In this document: piece by piece, positions 29,364-40,545 of the stretch | How the letters are laid out: the number at the start of each line of letters is the position of its first letter | Numbering within the stretch: position 1 is the stretch's first letter | Assembly: GCA_030141605.1 (NCBI GenBank) | Contig: JAQGDQ010002404.1 | Span: 1-64,000 of the forward strand | DNA length: 64,000 nt | Reading direction: 5' to 3' | Source of the DNA: Tubiluchus corallicola | Taxonomy: Eukaryota > Animalia > Priapulida | Translations under genes and position numbers: made by a program | Notes under the pieces: generated by a model | Database searches by the model: none | What the model saw: the letters and a program-made list of their open reading frames with translations, nothing else | Told to the model about the DNA's origin: nothing

Positions 29364-31703
29364 TTACTGTTTTGCTTCCGGAAAAGCCTGATTTTTCCTG
29401 TTTCCAATAAAGAATTGAACTTTTTCTTCATTCCCTTGTTCATCTGTTACGAGAAGCTTGTGCCATCCTGCGTCAGTTTCTATTGCTTTTGAGTGTTTCC
29501 CAATGGTGTTTCCCAGGTATATATCATCAAGGTACCAGAACACATTTTTCTGGGGGGATGTGTGGGCTATTTTTGATATTAGTTTTTGGCTTTCCCCTCC
29601 GAAATCTCTTGGTATCCATATATATGAAGAGTCTTTGGGGTATATAAAGGTCATCTGTTTTGAGATTTTTCTATTTTCGCAGCTTGGGTTATGTTCAGGT
29701 GTGCCATCTAAAACTCTGCCACGGGCTTTTAGCTGATGTAACACATCGGGCGGGTATGATAGTATCTTTTTTTCGTAGTACCCTTTTCCCCAGCAGTATG
29801 AGCACACCGAGTACTTTTCTTCTCTATCTACATATACTGCTTTGTGGAAAGGGCAGAGTCTAAGTGGCTGCATATAAATAGGTACGTCGACCTGTTCTTT
29901 TTCCGGGCAGTTCTGTCCTGCAAGGAACCCGGTTTTTTTACAGATGTTGATTTGAGCAAAGTCATCGTAGTTTTTATTGAACCGGTATGATCCTTTATTG
30001 GGGAGGTTGTTGAGTATATCGAATAGCAGTGATCCGGCACTGACTGTTCCCGATAGCCTGGGATTTCCTTCTCCATCGAAGTTACCTACCCAAACAGCTA
30101 TTGTCCACTCCGGTAAGACACCTATTGCCCATGCATCTTTGTGTCCATAGCTTGTTCCTGTTTTCCATGCGATTGGTTTTTGATGTTGATATTTTCTCCA
30201 GTTGTATTCCACTCCCGGCCTTTTTAGGTCTCTAAGCGCTTGCAATGTTATATAGCATGCTCCCGGGCTTATCAACTGCTGTGCATTTGTCCGCATCATT
30301 ACCGAGTCTTGATCCCGGTATATGATTGGCGTAAAGACTCCTCTATTTGCCAATCCTCTGTAGAGCTTGGTCATGTCTAACAGGTTCACTTCTGCCCCTC
30401 CTATTATTAAAGGCAGGCCGTACTCTTCTGCTTCTCTAAATAGTGTTGTTACTCCCGCTTCTTTGAGAAAGGTATAAAACTGGTATACTCCATATGTGTT
30501 TAGGAGCCTGACAGATGGCACATTCAGAGACTTTATTAATGACTCCTGTGCCGTTACTATGCCGTTAAACTTTTTATCGGCATTGCTTGGTGAGAATGCG
30601 TTAAAGTAGGTTGGCACATCTTTTATTAGTGTTTTTGGTACTATTATTCCCTCGTCAATAGAGAGTCCATATAAGAAGGGTTTTAAGATTGAACCTGACG
30701 AGCGGGGCGCTACTACTCCATTGACCTGGCCTAATGCATCGAAGTCAAAGAAATTCTGTGACCCCACATAGGCTTTTATTTTTCCGGTTTTTGTTTCTGT
30801 AACCAATACGGCAGCGTTTTTTATCCCTTCATTGCGGATTTTTTTTACATGTAGCCTGGTGAGCTCCTGCACACGGTTTTGCAGGCCTAGGTTTAAGGTT
30901 GTCCTGATTGTTTTTTGCCTCGGATACCTGTTTTTCACATATCGTGAAAAGTGTGGTGCGGCAAGGTCAAAGGGGTAGATTTTATAAGGTATTGGTTCCA
31001 ATACGGCAAGTTCAAATATTTTTTTGTCAATTACACCTTTCTTTAACAGTTTACTCAGAAGCCTATCTCTTTTTTCTTTTACCTGTTTATTGTTTCCGGA
31101 GGGGAATATTATTCCTGGTGCGTTTGGCAAAATAGCCAGTGTGGCGGCTTCTGCCCAGCTCAGTTCTTTCGGTTTTTTCTCAAAATATCTGTATGATGCT
31201 GCCTGGTAGCCCTTAATGTTTGCTCCGTACGGGGCGTGGTCCAGGTAGAGTTTTAGTATTTCATCTTTTGTGTAATGTACTTCTATTTTTACGGCCTGGC
31301 ATATCTCCTTTATTTTGCTCCAGTAGTTTCTTTTATTCGCACTTCTCAAGCGTGCAACCTGCATAGTGATAGTGCTTGCTCCGCTAACCACTCTTTTTTG
31401 GGACAGGTTCTGTTTTATTGCCCTTAAGATTGAAGCGGGGTTAAATCCGGGGTGGTAGTAGAAGTGCTTATCTTCAAACAGAAGTACCGCTTCCTGTAGT
31501 TTGCGAGGTACGCTATCCTCCGCTCTGGGAGGCAGGCACCACTGTTCATTTTCATTCAGAAAGACCCTTAATATTTTCCCTTGCTCATCGGTAACAACTA
31601 CGCTGTAATCGGTTTTAAAAAGCGGGGGAGGGAAGGGTTTTATTAAATAAAACACAACCAGTAAGACCAAGGCTACAAAAAGCCTGATACTCCATCTCTT
31701 CAC
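29364..31703 (-). CDS. pbpC: Penicillin-binding protein 1C
   Basis: Transglycosylase ED..FY.H.G and GASTITMQ; transpeptidase GSILKPF, SLN and KTGTS; C-terminal BiPBP_C domain. Adjacent to alpha-2-macroglobulin. Confidence 0.94.
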   Translation of the reverse strand: MKRWSIRLFVALVLLVVFYLIKPFPPPLFKTDYSVVVTDEQGKILRVFLNENEQWCLPPRAEDSVPRKLQEAVLLFEDKHFYYHPGFNPASILRAIKQNLSQKRVVSGASTITMQVARLRSANKRNYWSKIKEICQAVKIEVHYTKDEILKLYLDHAPYGANIKGYQAASYRYFEKKPKELSWAEAATLAILPNAPGIIFPSGNNKQVKEKRDRLLSKLLKKGVIDKKIFELAVLEPIPYKIYPFDLAAPHFSRYVKNRYPRQKTIRTTLNLGLQNRVQELTRLHVKKIRNEGIKNAAVLVTETKTGKIKAYVGSQNFFDFDALGQVNGVVAPRSSGSILKPFLYGLSIDEGIIVPKTLIKDVPTYFNAFSPSNADKKFNGIVTAQESLIKSLNVPSVRLLNTYGVYQFYTFLKEAGVTTLFREAEEYGLPLIIGGAEVNLLDMTKLYRGLANRGVFTPIIYRDQDSVMMRTNAQQLISPGACYITLQALRDLKRPGVEYNWRKYQHQKPIAWKTGTSYGHKDAWAIGVLPEWTIAVWVGNFDGEGNPRLSGTVSAGSLLFDILNNLPNKGSYRFNKNYDDFAQINICKKTGFLAGQNCPEKEQVDVPIYMQPLRLCPFHKAVYVDREEKYSVCSYCWGKGYYEKKILSYPPDVLHQLKARGRVLDGTPEHNPSCENRKISKQMTFIYPKDSSYIWIPRDFGGESQKLISKIAHTSPQKNVFWYLDDIYLGNTIGKHSKAIETDAGWHKLLVTDEQGNEEKVQFFIGNRKNQAFPEAKQ

Positions 31704-31729
31704 CTAAATAAAAAATTATATTGTTCTTT

Positions 31730-34700
31730 CTATTTTATTACTTTAACTTTTTTACCTGCTTTGGTAGCTTTAAATGATTCGTTATACATAGCTTCAACCA
31801 GTGTTGGCGCCAATTCGAACTCTCCAATTGTTACAGCATTTATTTTTACAATAAAGTCCAGTTTCTTCTTCTTCTCTATATTCTTATGTATGTCGAAGAA
31901 CCACATAACTCTGTCGTCCCTGATATCAAGGTATTTTTCGTTATATAGGTTCATTCTTTCTGTCCATGCAGGCATTGACTCACCAGACAGGCGAGTGTTT
32001 TCTATTTCCCAGCCTGACGGTAATATCTGAACTAGAGCCACTTCGTCAACACGCTTTAGCGTGCTTATGTTTTCAACCTGGAAGTGTCCCCAAAATGCTG
32101 TTCCCTGGTTAATCTGAGTAATATCGATTCCTTTCCCTTCCTCGTCATACCATTTTACATTTAATGAGAGGTTGCTATTTTCATCTTTTATATCACTTTT
32201 AAAAGGAACTCCATCCCACGCAAGTGTGGTAAAGGCTTTTGCTACGTCCGATTTTTCATCGAGCGAAATCTGTATTGGTTTGCCAAAACCATTTTGTAAT
32301 CTGTACGTGTAGGTTTTTTCCGTTTTAAAAGGCACTTCTGTGCCATCGGCAAATGTTATGTGCCCTTTTAGCTCTGCTTTTTCGCTTCCTTTTTGCAGTG
32401 CTGTTATGTATTTCCCAATCCCCAACAGGGTGTAGCCGATGGTTTGTGTGGAGTACCAATCGCTTGCTGATATGTATTTTGATATGTCTCGCGCCAACTC
32501 TTCTGCCTGCTCCATTTTATTTAGAGAAACGAGTGCGTCCAGAATCATGCCCTTGTCTCTTAGCCCCGATCCGTAGGTGCCTGAGAACTCCTGATAGTTG
32601 TCGGTTTCCATACCTGCATCTTTGACAATTTCACTGACTTTATCGGGCAGTCCTGCCAAATGGTATGATGCTGCCAACAGCCATTTCTGAACATTGTTCA
32701 TTTTGTGCAGTCTGTTCTCTCTCAATAGGTTCATTTCACTATTTGCCGGTTTTCCAGCCAGCGCAAGAGTGTAAGCTCTGTATACTCTTGAGGTTAAGTT
32801 TCCACTACCCTGACGGGCCATTTTGCTTGTGTATCCTAACCAGTTTCTATACAGGTCTTCTGTGACATGGTATCCCAGTTTTTTTGCTTCTACCATAAAG
32901 TGTCCTCCATAAAGTGTTCCCCATTCAGAGGGGGTATCTTCATAGGGCCAGTAACTAAATCCCCCGGAGAATATCTGAAATTTGCGTAACTGCTGAATTC
33001 CTGCATTGATGTTTTTGTCTATATCTTTTGTGTCGGCTTCCGAGTAATCTACAAACTGTTTGATGTATAGCTGCGGGAACACTGATGATGTTGTTTGCTC
33101 TATGCAGCCGTAAGGGTAGTGGATCAGATATTTTAGTCTGTGGTCGATACTTATTCCGGGATAATTTGAAATCGTTATGGTTGCTCTATTGGTGCCTTTT
33201 AATCCATCATCCGGCACGTATAGAGTGGCTGTTTTACCTGATTCAACACTGCTATTAAATGATTTATATATTCTTGGTGATGCCGGTCTGACATACAGGT
33301 CTACCAGGTATTCTGCCTTATGTTTTGCTGACCTTGCTCTTATTTTTACTTTAGTTTGCCCTACCTGCTCTTTGGCTTTTATGGTAAAGTAGCACTCTTT
33401 ATCGTCAGCTTTTTTAAACTGCATCTTTCGGCTGTCTGCTCCTTCTATTTCCAGGAGCTCTTCTGTAGCTATATCTACCTCTACATTACCTATTCCATCT
33501 TCCATTGCAAATACCGATACAGGAACGGTAAACTTTTCTCCTGGCCCTATCACGCGTGGCAGTGTGGGCATTACCATTAATTCCGACTTTACCGGTACTC
33601 TTTTTTCCGCTTTGGCATAGCTCTTTTTTCTTGCACCTATCACCATTATTCTTACTGATCCCACATAGTTTGGCATATCAAACCTAACAACAGCTTTCCC
33701 ACTTGCATCTGTGTCAACAGGGCCTTTAAATAGGCTTACAGGTTTAAACCTTCGCTGTCGTTTTTTGTTACCTAGCTGCGACTCTCTGTAGTCCATATCT
33801 CCTCCTATTGAGAAGGTTTTAAAGACATCTCCCTTATTTGCTGATATAATGTGGGAGAAGAGGTCAAATGTCCGGGTTTCCAATCGTACTTTAGAAAAGA
33901 AGTGTGGCCACGGGTCAGGGGTTTTGAAGTTTGTGATGTCCAGCAGTCCTTCATCTACTACAGCAATGGTAAACTGGGTTGGCTCCCGGTCTTTTGTTTG
34001 TAATGTGATTTCAAATGGTTTTTCTGGGAGGAATTTAGTCGCTGTTTTTATTTCAATTTCGTGTTTGGAATCTCTGTTTTCAACCAATATGGGTAGTATG
34101 CCAAACATTCTAATAGGCCTGTCATTTTCTGTTTGTTTGTGCGGCTGTATAAGCGATACCGTGATATATGCATTGGGTACCATTTTTTCTGTAGCGGGTA
34201 TTTTAACTTCAGTCAGGTCTTCTCCTTTTGGTGATACCCATGTGTTGTACAGTATTTCTCCTCCTTTTTCAACAGTTATCAGAGCTATTCCCTCTTTTGG
34301 GGCAGGGAATTGAACTTTGATATGCTCATTTGTGTAGTACTTGTTCTTTTGGGAGCTTAGTTCCAGTGTGCCAGCACTTTTATCTTCCCCACCTGAGCTA
34401 CCGTATTTATAGGCTGTTACAAAGATACCTGACGTGTGTCCCGTTCCTTCTTCATCGGTTACTTCAATTAAAAATGTGCCACGTTCTATTGGCAAGAATT
34501 TTATGATACTATGTGTTGTTTTGGAGTTGACACTCCCTTCTCCTATCAACACTGTGTTTTTATCTGATTTAAAGCGTAGTTTTTTATCGTATTGCCACCA
34601 CCAATGCTCAGTGTTTCGGTATATTCGATATTTCAGTGATCTTCCTGCCACAGGTTTTCCTTCAGGCGTAACAATAATAGCCGGTACTTCAAGGTTGCTC

Positions 34701-37162
34701 CCTGTCGGTATGTAGTGGTACTTTGGCGGTTGTATTCCTACGTAGTGGGAGTATGGTTCATATGGTAAGAATGAGATGTTTTCGTTTGGTCTGCCCCCTT
34801 TTTCCATGACCTTACCGGTTACTTTTACCATTAGTGCTGATGGTGCGTTTGAGACATCTGGCAGGTTCCACTCGGTAAGTTTTTTCCCGTTATTATCAAG
34901 TTCTCCTTCAAATATTGTTTGCTCAATAGGCTGAAAATCGACACTGGGATTTGTAAATACAAAGCTATCATACTTTTTGAATCTCTTTTTTATGCTAAAT
35001 ATTTCTGTGTCAATCCGGGCTTTAAGTCCGGCAGCAGGATTTCCGAACAGGTAAGTGCTGCTCAAGTCCAAATTGAAGGTTGTCTTGTTCCACGCAATAA
35101 ACTGCTGCTCCGGCTCAATTTTAATTTTTAAGCGGTACGGGACAACCGTTTCAATTTTTATTGTATGGGTAAACTCTTTATTACCAATACGAAACACTGC
35201 TCTCCAGTTTCCTGTCGGATCGGACTCTTTTGTCTGTACTTTAAAGTTGTAAAATCCATCCTTGCTTTGCTTGTTTGTTACTTCATATATTTTTTTACCT
35301 TGCGGATTGATCATTTCAATTGTGAGAGGGTGATTTCTTGGGTAGCTTCGTTTGGTAAAGCGGGCTATTATTGAGATGTTTATCTCGTCACCAGGTCTGT
35401 ACACACCTCTTTCTGTATATGTGTATGCTTTGATGCCTGAGTTATGCTCACTGATTCCCCCGGTGTCAAATCCTGATGTGTTCCACTCCATATCATTAGG
35501 CTTTATGACACTTTGCTGGCCATCTTTTTCTGCTGTTATGTAGTAGTTGAAATATCTTTCCCCGTACAGTGTTGCTATTCCATCACTGTCTGTGTTTGCT
35601 GTTGATTTTGTATCGCCATAGATTGATATTAGTTTGACTCTTACTCCCTGCATGGGTTTTGCTGTAGCGATGTCTGTTGCGTATACTTTATAGTTGTTTT
35701 TTATTTTCTTGCATGTCAGTCCTATATCGCTAAAGAGCAGCGGTTTATAGATTTGTCCGTATTTTTCTATGTATTTATCGTAGTTCCCGCTTTCTATTTC
35801 TGTCAGCATATCTCGCGGGTTAAAGTTCAGGCGCACCAAGTAGAGCCCTTTGTGATTTTTACGGATCAACTTTGATAAGTCTATTTCATTTAGTTTCCAT
35901 ACGTTTTTTTCTTCGCCTATTTCAAAGGTCTCATTGTGCACTATAACTCCTACCTGGTTGACGTATTTTGCATTAAAGGGAGCTTTTCTATCAGACAGGC
36001 TTTTCAGCTGTTCATTTCTCAAAAACTTCGGGATACTATTTGCATACACTTTTTTTACTTCAACATGGACTCTTTTTAAGTTGTTTGTGTGAAACTGAAG
36101 CCTATACTGGTTTCCACTGGGCAGAAAAATACCACTGGATGCAAATTCTACCTGTGGCTCCATATTTGCGAAGGTTATCTTTTGGGTATATTTCTTTTCT
36201 GTTACTGTCCCCCATCTATTTTTTATTCCTTTTTCAACTATTAGTTTATAGTTTTCTCCAGCCCGGAAATTCCCGTCTATTATTAGGGAGCTTCCCATTC
36301 TTTGAATTTTCAGGTTTGATACCGGGATTGTTTTTATTAGCCCGTCAATGTTTTGCTCGGGGTCAAATTCATCAGAGAAGTGCAGCCTTATTTTAGGGGA
36401 TTTTCCCTTATCTTCTCTACTTACCTTAGTCAGTTCCATTGATCCTAATGGGCTGATTTCAAAAGATTTTTTAAAGTTTTTTGGTAAGCCTGTCTTTTTT
36501 TTACGTATGGTAAGTGTATAGTTGTCTGTGCTGCTTTTGCGAAGCAGATCACCCGATATATAGTTGAATGTTTTTCCATCTGGCTCTGCTGTTATTTTGA
36601 CTTCAACTGCTTTTTTCCCTTTTTTTAGCTCCAGGGCTTTTTCGACTGTTTTCAGGTCAATTGATTCTGTAAAGCTGACTATCCCTATGTATTGCAATAT
36701 TTCTCTGTTATTGCTATTTTTCAAAATCAGTTTTCCATCGAATTTTGCAATTTCCCTTCCTGCAATTCTGAACCTAAATTCAATGGATCCCAAATTTTCA
36801 TCTTTGAATTTCTCATTCAGTTCTGATAGAATCAGTTTTCCATTAAATGTTTTTCTATAGGGTAGGTCTCCTACAGGTCTAAATACTATTGTGTTTCTGC
36901 TTTTCCAGTATGCTACGCCTCTTATGGATGGCGAAATCTTAAAGGCCCCTTTTACTACACTGCCTACCTCTTCTGCTTCTACTACCGGTTCAATAAATTG
37001 TACCTCTATTAAGTCACCACTTTGAATTTCTCCACTAGTTACTGTATTTACTATTTTTGCAACCTCTTCGGAGTATATTACATCTCCTTCTTTTTCTCTC
37101 TCTTTGCATGATATTAGCAGAACAGTCAGTACTGTGCACAAGATTAGCGCTGTTTTTCTCAT
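31730..37162 (-). CDS. Bacterial alpha-2-macroglobulin (YfhM-like lipoprotein)
   Basis: Lipobox LISC, TERGVYRPG, AVVDEGLL, thioester YPYGCIEQ and LPSGWEIEN motifs. Confidence 0.95.
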   Translation of the reverse strand: MRKTALILCTVLTVLLISCKEREKEGDVIYSEEVAKIVNTVTSGEIQSGDLIEVQFIEPVVEAEEVGSVVKGAFKISPSIRGVAYWKSRNTIVFRPVGDLPYRKTFNGKLILSELNEKFKDENLGSIEFRFRIAGREIAKFDGKLILKNSNNREILQYIGIVSFTESIDLKTVEKALELKKGKKAVEVKITAEPDGKTFNYISGDLLRKSSTDNYTLTIRKKKTGLPKNFKKSFEISPLGSMELTKVSREDKGKSPKIRLHFSDEFDPEQNIDGLIKTIPVSNLKIQRMGSSLIIDGNFRAGENYKLIVEKGIKNRWGTVTEKKYTQKITFANMEPQVEFASSGIFLPSGNQYRLQFHTNNLKRVHVEVKKVYANSIPKFLRNEQLKSLSDRKAPFNAKYVNQVGVIVHNETFEIGEEKNVWKLNEIDLSKLIRKNHKGLYLVRLNFNPRDMLTEIESGNYDKYIEKYGQIYKPLLFSDIGLTCKKIKNNYKVYATDIATAKPMQGVRVKLISIYGDTKSTANTDSDGIATLYGERYFNYYITAEKDGQQSVIKPNDMEWNTSGFDTGGISEHNSGIKAYTYTERGVYRPGDEINISIIARFTKRSYPRNHPLTIEMINPQGKKIYEVTNKQSKDGFYNFKVQTKESDPTGNWRAVFRIGNKEFTHTIKIETVVPYRLKIKIEPEQQFIAWNKTTFNLDLSSTYLFGNPAAGLKARIDTEIFSIKKRFKKYDSFVFTNPSVDFQPIEQTIFEGELDNNGKKLTEWNLPDVSNAPSALMVKVTGKVMEKGGRPNENISFLPYEPYSHYVGIQPPKYHYIPTGSNLEVPAIIVTPEGKPVAGRSLKYRIYRNTEHWWWQYDKKLRFKSDKNTVLIGEGSVNSKTTHSIIKFLPIERGTFLIEVTDEEGTGHTSGIFVTAYKYGSSGGEDKSAGTLELSSQKNKYYTNEHIKVQFPAPKEGIALITVEKGGEILYNTWVSPKGEDLTEVKIPATEKMVPNAYITVSLIQPHKQTENDRPIRMFGILPILVENRDSKHEIEIKTATKFLPEKPFEITLQTKDREPTQFTIAVVDEGLLDITNFKTPDPWPHFFSKVRLETRTFDLFSHIISANKGDVFKTFSIGGDMDYRESQLGNKKRQRRFKPVSLFKGPVDTDASGKAVVRFDMPNYVGSVRIMVIGARKKSYAKAEKRVPVKSELMVMPTLPRVIGPGEKFTVPVSVFAMEDGIGNVEVDIATEELLEIEGADSRKMQFKKADDKECYFTIKAKEQVGQTKVKIRARSAKHKAEYLVDLYVRPASPRIYKSFNSSVESGKTATLYVPDDGLKGTNRATITISNYPGISIDHRLKYLIHYPYGCIEQTTSSVFPQLYIKQFVDYSEADTKDIDKNINAGIQQLRKFQIFSGGFSYWPYEDTPSEWGTLYGGHFMVEAKKLGYHVTEDLYRNWLGYTSKMARQGSGNLTSRVYRAYTLALAGKPANSEMNLLRENRLHKMNNVQKWLLAASYHLAGLPDKVSEIVKDAGMETDNYQEFSGTYGSGLRDKGMILDALVSLNKMEQAEELARDISKYISASDWYSTQTIGYTLLGIGKYITALQKGSEKAELKGHITFADGTEVPFKTEKTYTYRLQNGFGKPIQISLDEKSDVAKAFTTLAWDGVPFKSDIKDENSNLSLNVKWYDEEGKGIDITQINQGTAFWGHFQVENISTLKRVDEVALVQILPSGWEIENTRLSGESMPAWTERMNLYNEKYLDIRDDRVMWFFDIHKNIEKKKKLDFIVKINAVTIGEFELAPTLVEAMYNESFKATKAGKKVKVIK

Positions 37163-37404
37163 TGGGTATGATTTAATATAATATTATAGTACATTACATT
37201 ACATGTTAACAAAGTAAGGTTAAAACCTTAGCGAAACTTATTTTATTAATATTTATATCATTTTTTTTAAGAGTAATTTACTATCGATTTTTTTCTTAAC
37301 CTGAGCCCAGTTGGGATATTTTTGCTTGTATAGCGCAGTGCTTAAATATTTGAATAAGTGCTATCCCTCCTGCTGCTTTTTGGTGTTCTAACCGGATATA
37401 GTTT

Positions 37405-39261
37405 TTATTCTATAATTAAATTTCTGTTTTTAGGATATTTAACTGAGTATCTTAAATCAAATTCTTTTTTGTCATTTGGATTGAGATTAAACTCCCATTT
37501 TATTTTACCTGTTTCGGGGTCATGTTTTGCGTTAGATAAGTTTTGGATCTTTACTTCTATTTCCTTTGTTGTTGAAACAGGAACCTGGTCAAGGATAATC
37601 ATATCAATTTTTTGGCTTTTGCTATTCCTTACTGTTATTTTCCATGCCATGCTATCTTCTTTTTTACTGCCAATAGATTGTTTATTTGTAAACTCTTTGA
37701 TTTTTTCTCTATTTACAGATACTTTTTTATCTCGTCCTAACGATATTCCCAGAGTATCTGAAGCATATCTTACATCCAACAGGGCCTTGCCGATATAGGT
37801 GTCTTCAAAAAATAGGTTGGCTTCTCCTTCAAGAAGGCTGTATTGTTCCCAGTCTGTGATATTTGCTATTAGGAAGGCATTTTTGTCAATTTTTGGTACA
37901 CAATAGTATTGGTAGAATGCAGGGAGGTTATAGAACTCCATGTCTACTGTGTAGTTTTTATTATCTGATGCAATGGTGTATGGGGTTTTGATTTCAAAGT
38001 CAACTGTTGTCTGTTTTTCAACCTGGGCTGTAGGTATTGCTGAGCTGCTCACACTTTGTAGTTTTGTTTCCGATTCAGCTGAACTGTCAACAGCGTGCAG
38101 TGGCTCCATGTATTCCTTTTTCATTTTCAAGGTTGCAGTATGCCTGTTTCTACCATCAAGTGCGACATTCATTACTGCACCGGAAATCGGTAGGGTTTGA
38201 GGGTTAAACCCAATGCATGAATAGGTGAGTTGGATTGTGTGATTGGGAATTGTTATGGTGTAGTCTCCACCCTGGTCTGTTGTGGTACCTATTGTTGTGC
38301 CATGTACAACAACAGTTGCACCCGGTAATGGTTCTCCATAATTATCAGTTACTTTTCCACTTACATTATTAGCACCCGGTTTGTAGGTTGGCGGTAATGT
38401 GTTATAACCCAGGAAGTGGGTTTTTAGTTCGGGAGCAACTCCTGATACATTTGGGTTAGCGGACGAAAGTTTAAGTTTTACATTTTTCCAGTCAACTTTT
38501 GTGTTTTGCTTGACATTAGCTTTGTATATTAACTGAATCGGTTCGCTTATGTTTTTTGCTCGAATGTCGTATGAGGGAAACCATCCGGCATTATCGACGA
38601 TATATGAGATTTCAAATGAAAATATACCGGTTTTTTTAGTATCTACTTTAACCAGTATTTCTCCGGCAGGAATTTTTTTTTGGACAGTCAGAGCCCTGAT
38701 TTGGTTTTGCAGGTCTGTTCTCTGATTATTAAGCTCTTTTATTGTTTTGTTATGTTCAATTTCCGATAGTTTCAGAGATGTTAGTTTTTCATTATAAAAT
38801 TTTGATGTTTGCTGAAGGTTTGTAACACTGATTTGTTCATTTTTACCGCCAATGTTCCTGTTCTCGTGTAGGAAAGCCAATTCTTCCTTAATAACCGATA
38901 GGTGTGTGTATTCGATTTTCACCTTATTTTCAATCTCTTCAAGCCTGTTCTCCATATCCAGCAATTCTTTGGGTTTTTGGAGCTTGTCTAGGTAGTTTTG
39001 CTGGTGGTTTACTGATAAGATAGTTATTCCCCCTTCAGCTTTTACCTGAACGCTTTTGTGGTCAATGAAGGGGGAGAGGTTTATATATTTAAGTGTTGTG
39101 GTTCCTTTTGCCAGGTTAACATGTTTTTTCCTTACAATTTGAGCTCCTTCAATGAATATTGTTACATTGTCTATCCTAGTTTCGACTTCTTTTTCTGTTA
39201 TTTCCTGTGAAAGCAGCTTGGTGAAAGCTAGGCAAAGGGCTAAAATACTTATTGTTTTCAT
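37405..39261 (-). CDS. DUF4140/DUF4139 (MuiA-like) protein with a CarboxypepD_reg-like insert
   Basis: VTIF..GAQI.R, AGW.PSYDIR, Q.T..DW.NV.L.LS, VSGKVTD..GEPLPGATV and LL.GEANLFFE motifs. Confidence 0.88.
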   Translation of the reverse strand: MKTISILALCLAFTKLLSQEITEKEVETRIDNVTIFIEGAQIVRKKHVNLAKGTTTLKYINLSPFIDHKSVQVKAEGGITILSVNHQQNYLDKLQKPKELLDMENRLEEIENKVKIEYTHLSVIKEELAFLHENRNIGGKNEQISVTNLQQTSKFYNEKLTSLKLSEIEHNKTIKELNNQRTDLQNQIRALTVQKKIPAGEILVKVDTKKTGIFSFEISYIVDNAGWFPSYDIRAKNISEPIQLIYKANVKQNTKVDWKNVKLKLSSANPNVSGVAPELKTHFLGYNTLPPTYKPGANNVSGKVTDNYGEPLPGATVVVHGTTIGTTTDQGGDYTITIPNHTIQLTYSCIGFNPQTLPISGAVMNVALDGRNRHTATLKMKKEYMEPLHAVDSSAESETKLQSVSSSAIPTAQVEKQTTVDFEIKTPYTIASDNKNYTVDMEFYNLPAFYQYYCVPKIDKNAFLIANITDWEQYSLLEGEANLFFEDTYIGKALLDVRYASDTLGISLGRDKKVSVNREKIKEFTNKQSIGSKKEDSMAWKITVRNSKSQKIDMIILDQVPVSTTKEIEVKIQNLSNAKHDPETGKIKWEFNLNPNDKKEFDLRYSVKYPKNRNLIIE

Positions 39262-40173
39262 CTATTTATTGTGACCAGTTTTAACTGTTGTACGCAAAAG
39301 AAAGTAGTAACTTCAAAAGTAGTAACTTATTTTTAATTGAATACTATTATTTAAATATGCATAAGCTTCGTTGATGTTTATGTTGTGCATATTTTATTAG
39401 TTCTTATTTTAGAATATCAATTTTCAGGTTGTTTTTCAATGTATGGGTGTTTTTGCAGAATTCACCTTTTTTATTAGCATATTTTGTGAGAGTCTTTTTC
39501 AGTGTTTCCGGTTATACCAGCGGACTGAAAGTTTTCAATATTTTTTGATTTGTATTGCTTTGTGAGGCTGTTTTAAGGTGTTTGTTTCAAGCAGAGGGGG
39601 CATAATTATAATACGAATGGTGCAAAAAAGTTAATTTACGCTAAATAATACGAATGGTTTTAAGTTATGAAAAGCGATTGTCTAAGGCTTTCGTTAATGC
39701 ATAGTAAAGGGTTGAAAATACCTTTAAGTAGTCCATAAGTACAATGAGATAAATAAATATCGATTTAAGCCATCCCCTAAAGGTGGTTTTTTTATGCTTA
39801 AGACTGGGTTGAAGACACCCCTGCTATTTAATCTTATGGAGTAGCAAAAAGGTGATTTGGGTACAGGGTTGGGCATAGTTTTAATATCATTTTTGAGATT
39901 GTTGACACCCTCACTTTGCAGTTTTTTTGCTTACTATGCTCGGACGGGTGCTTTACGGTAAAGTAAAGGTATGGCAAAGCAAAAAACATGCAAAATAAAT
40001 ATTATTGCATAAATCCACTTTGTGTGTATGCTTTGTAGCCTATATAAAACGGAAGTGCAGGGTTTGATAACTGCACCTAGTTTAGTAGAGCATCTTTTGC
40101 TATAATACGGGTAGTGATTGGAGCAACAATATTTTCAAAGCCCCAGGTAGCTGTAATTTAATAATAAAAACAG

Positions 40174-40545
40174 ATGAGCATTTTAAAGCTAACAATAGAC
40201 TGTACTACTACACTATCCAGTGGAAGGTATACCGCTATAGGGGAGGCAGGTTGCTGGCACAAGTAACATGGTTTTCGCAAAGTGAGCTATCATTTAGATA
40301 GTTTATGCCGATGGTACAATAAGAAGAGGCAGAAAAGAACATGAGCAAGGAGCAGACTGCAAATGATACAACAAAGATTCTTTAGGCGTAGCCTTTGTAG
40401 GTATTGATAGCTTTTCACTCCCGCAGCTTACCAACTTATTCAGGCTATTCACAGAGCTTTTAAAAAAAGTATAAGCGAGCCACTGTATATTGAGGAGTAT
40501 AACGGGTTTAGCAGTAAACAGGGTATGCTCGGTTCCTCAAAAAAC
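40174..40545 (+). pseudogene. Degraded N-acetylmuramoyl-L-alanine amidase (T7-lysozyme/Amidase_2-like)
   Basis: Manual translation across stops and frameshifts: MSILKLTIDCTTT...WHK*HGFRKVSYH / IVYADGTIRRGRKEHEQGADCK*YNKDSLGVAFVG..F...Q. This follows the family pattern IIHCSAT..WH..RGF..IGYH...DG.I..GR....GAH..G.N..SIG. The end coordinate is approximate. Confidence 0.75.
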
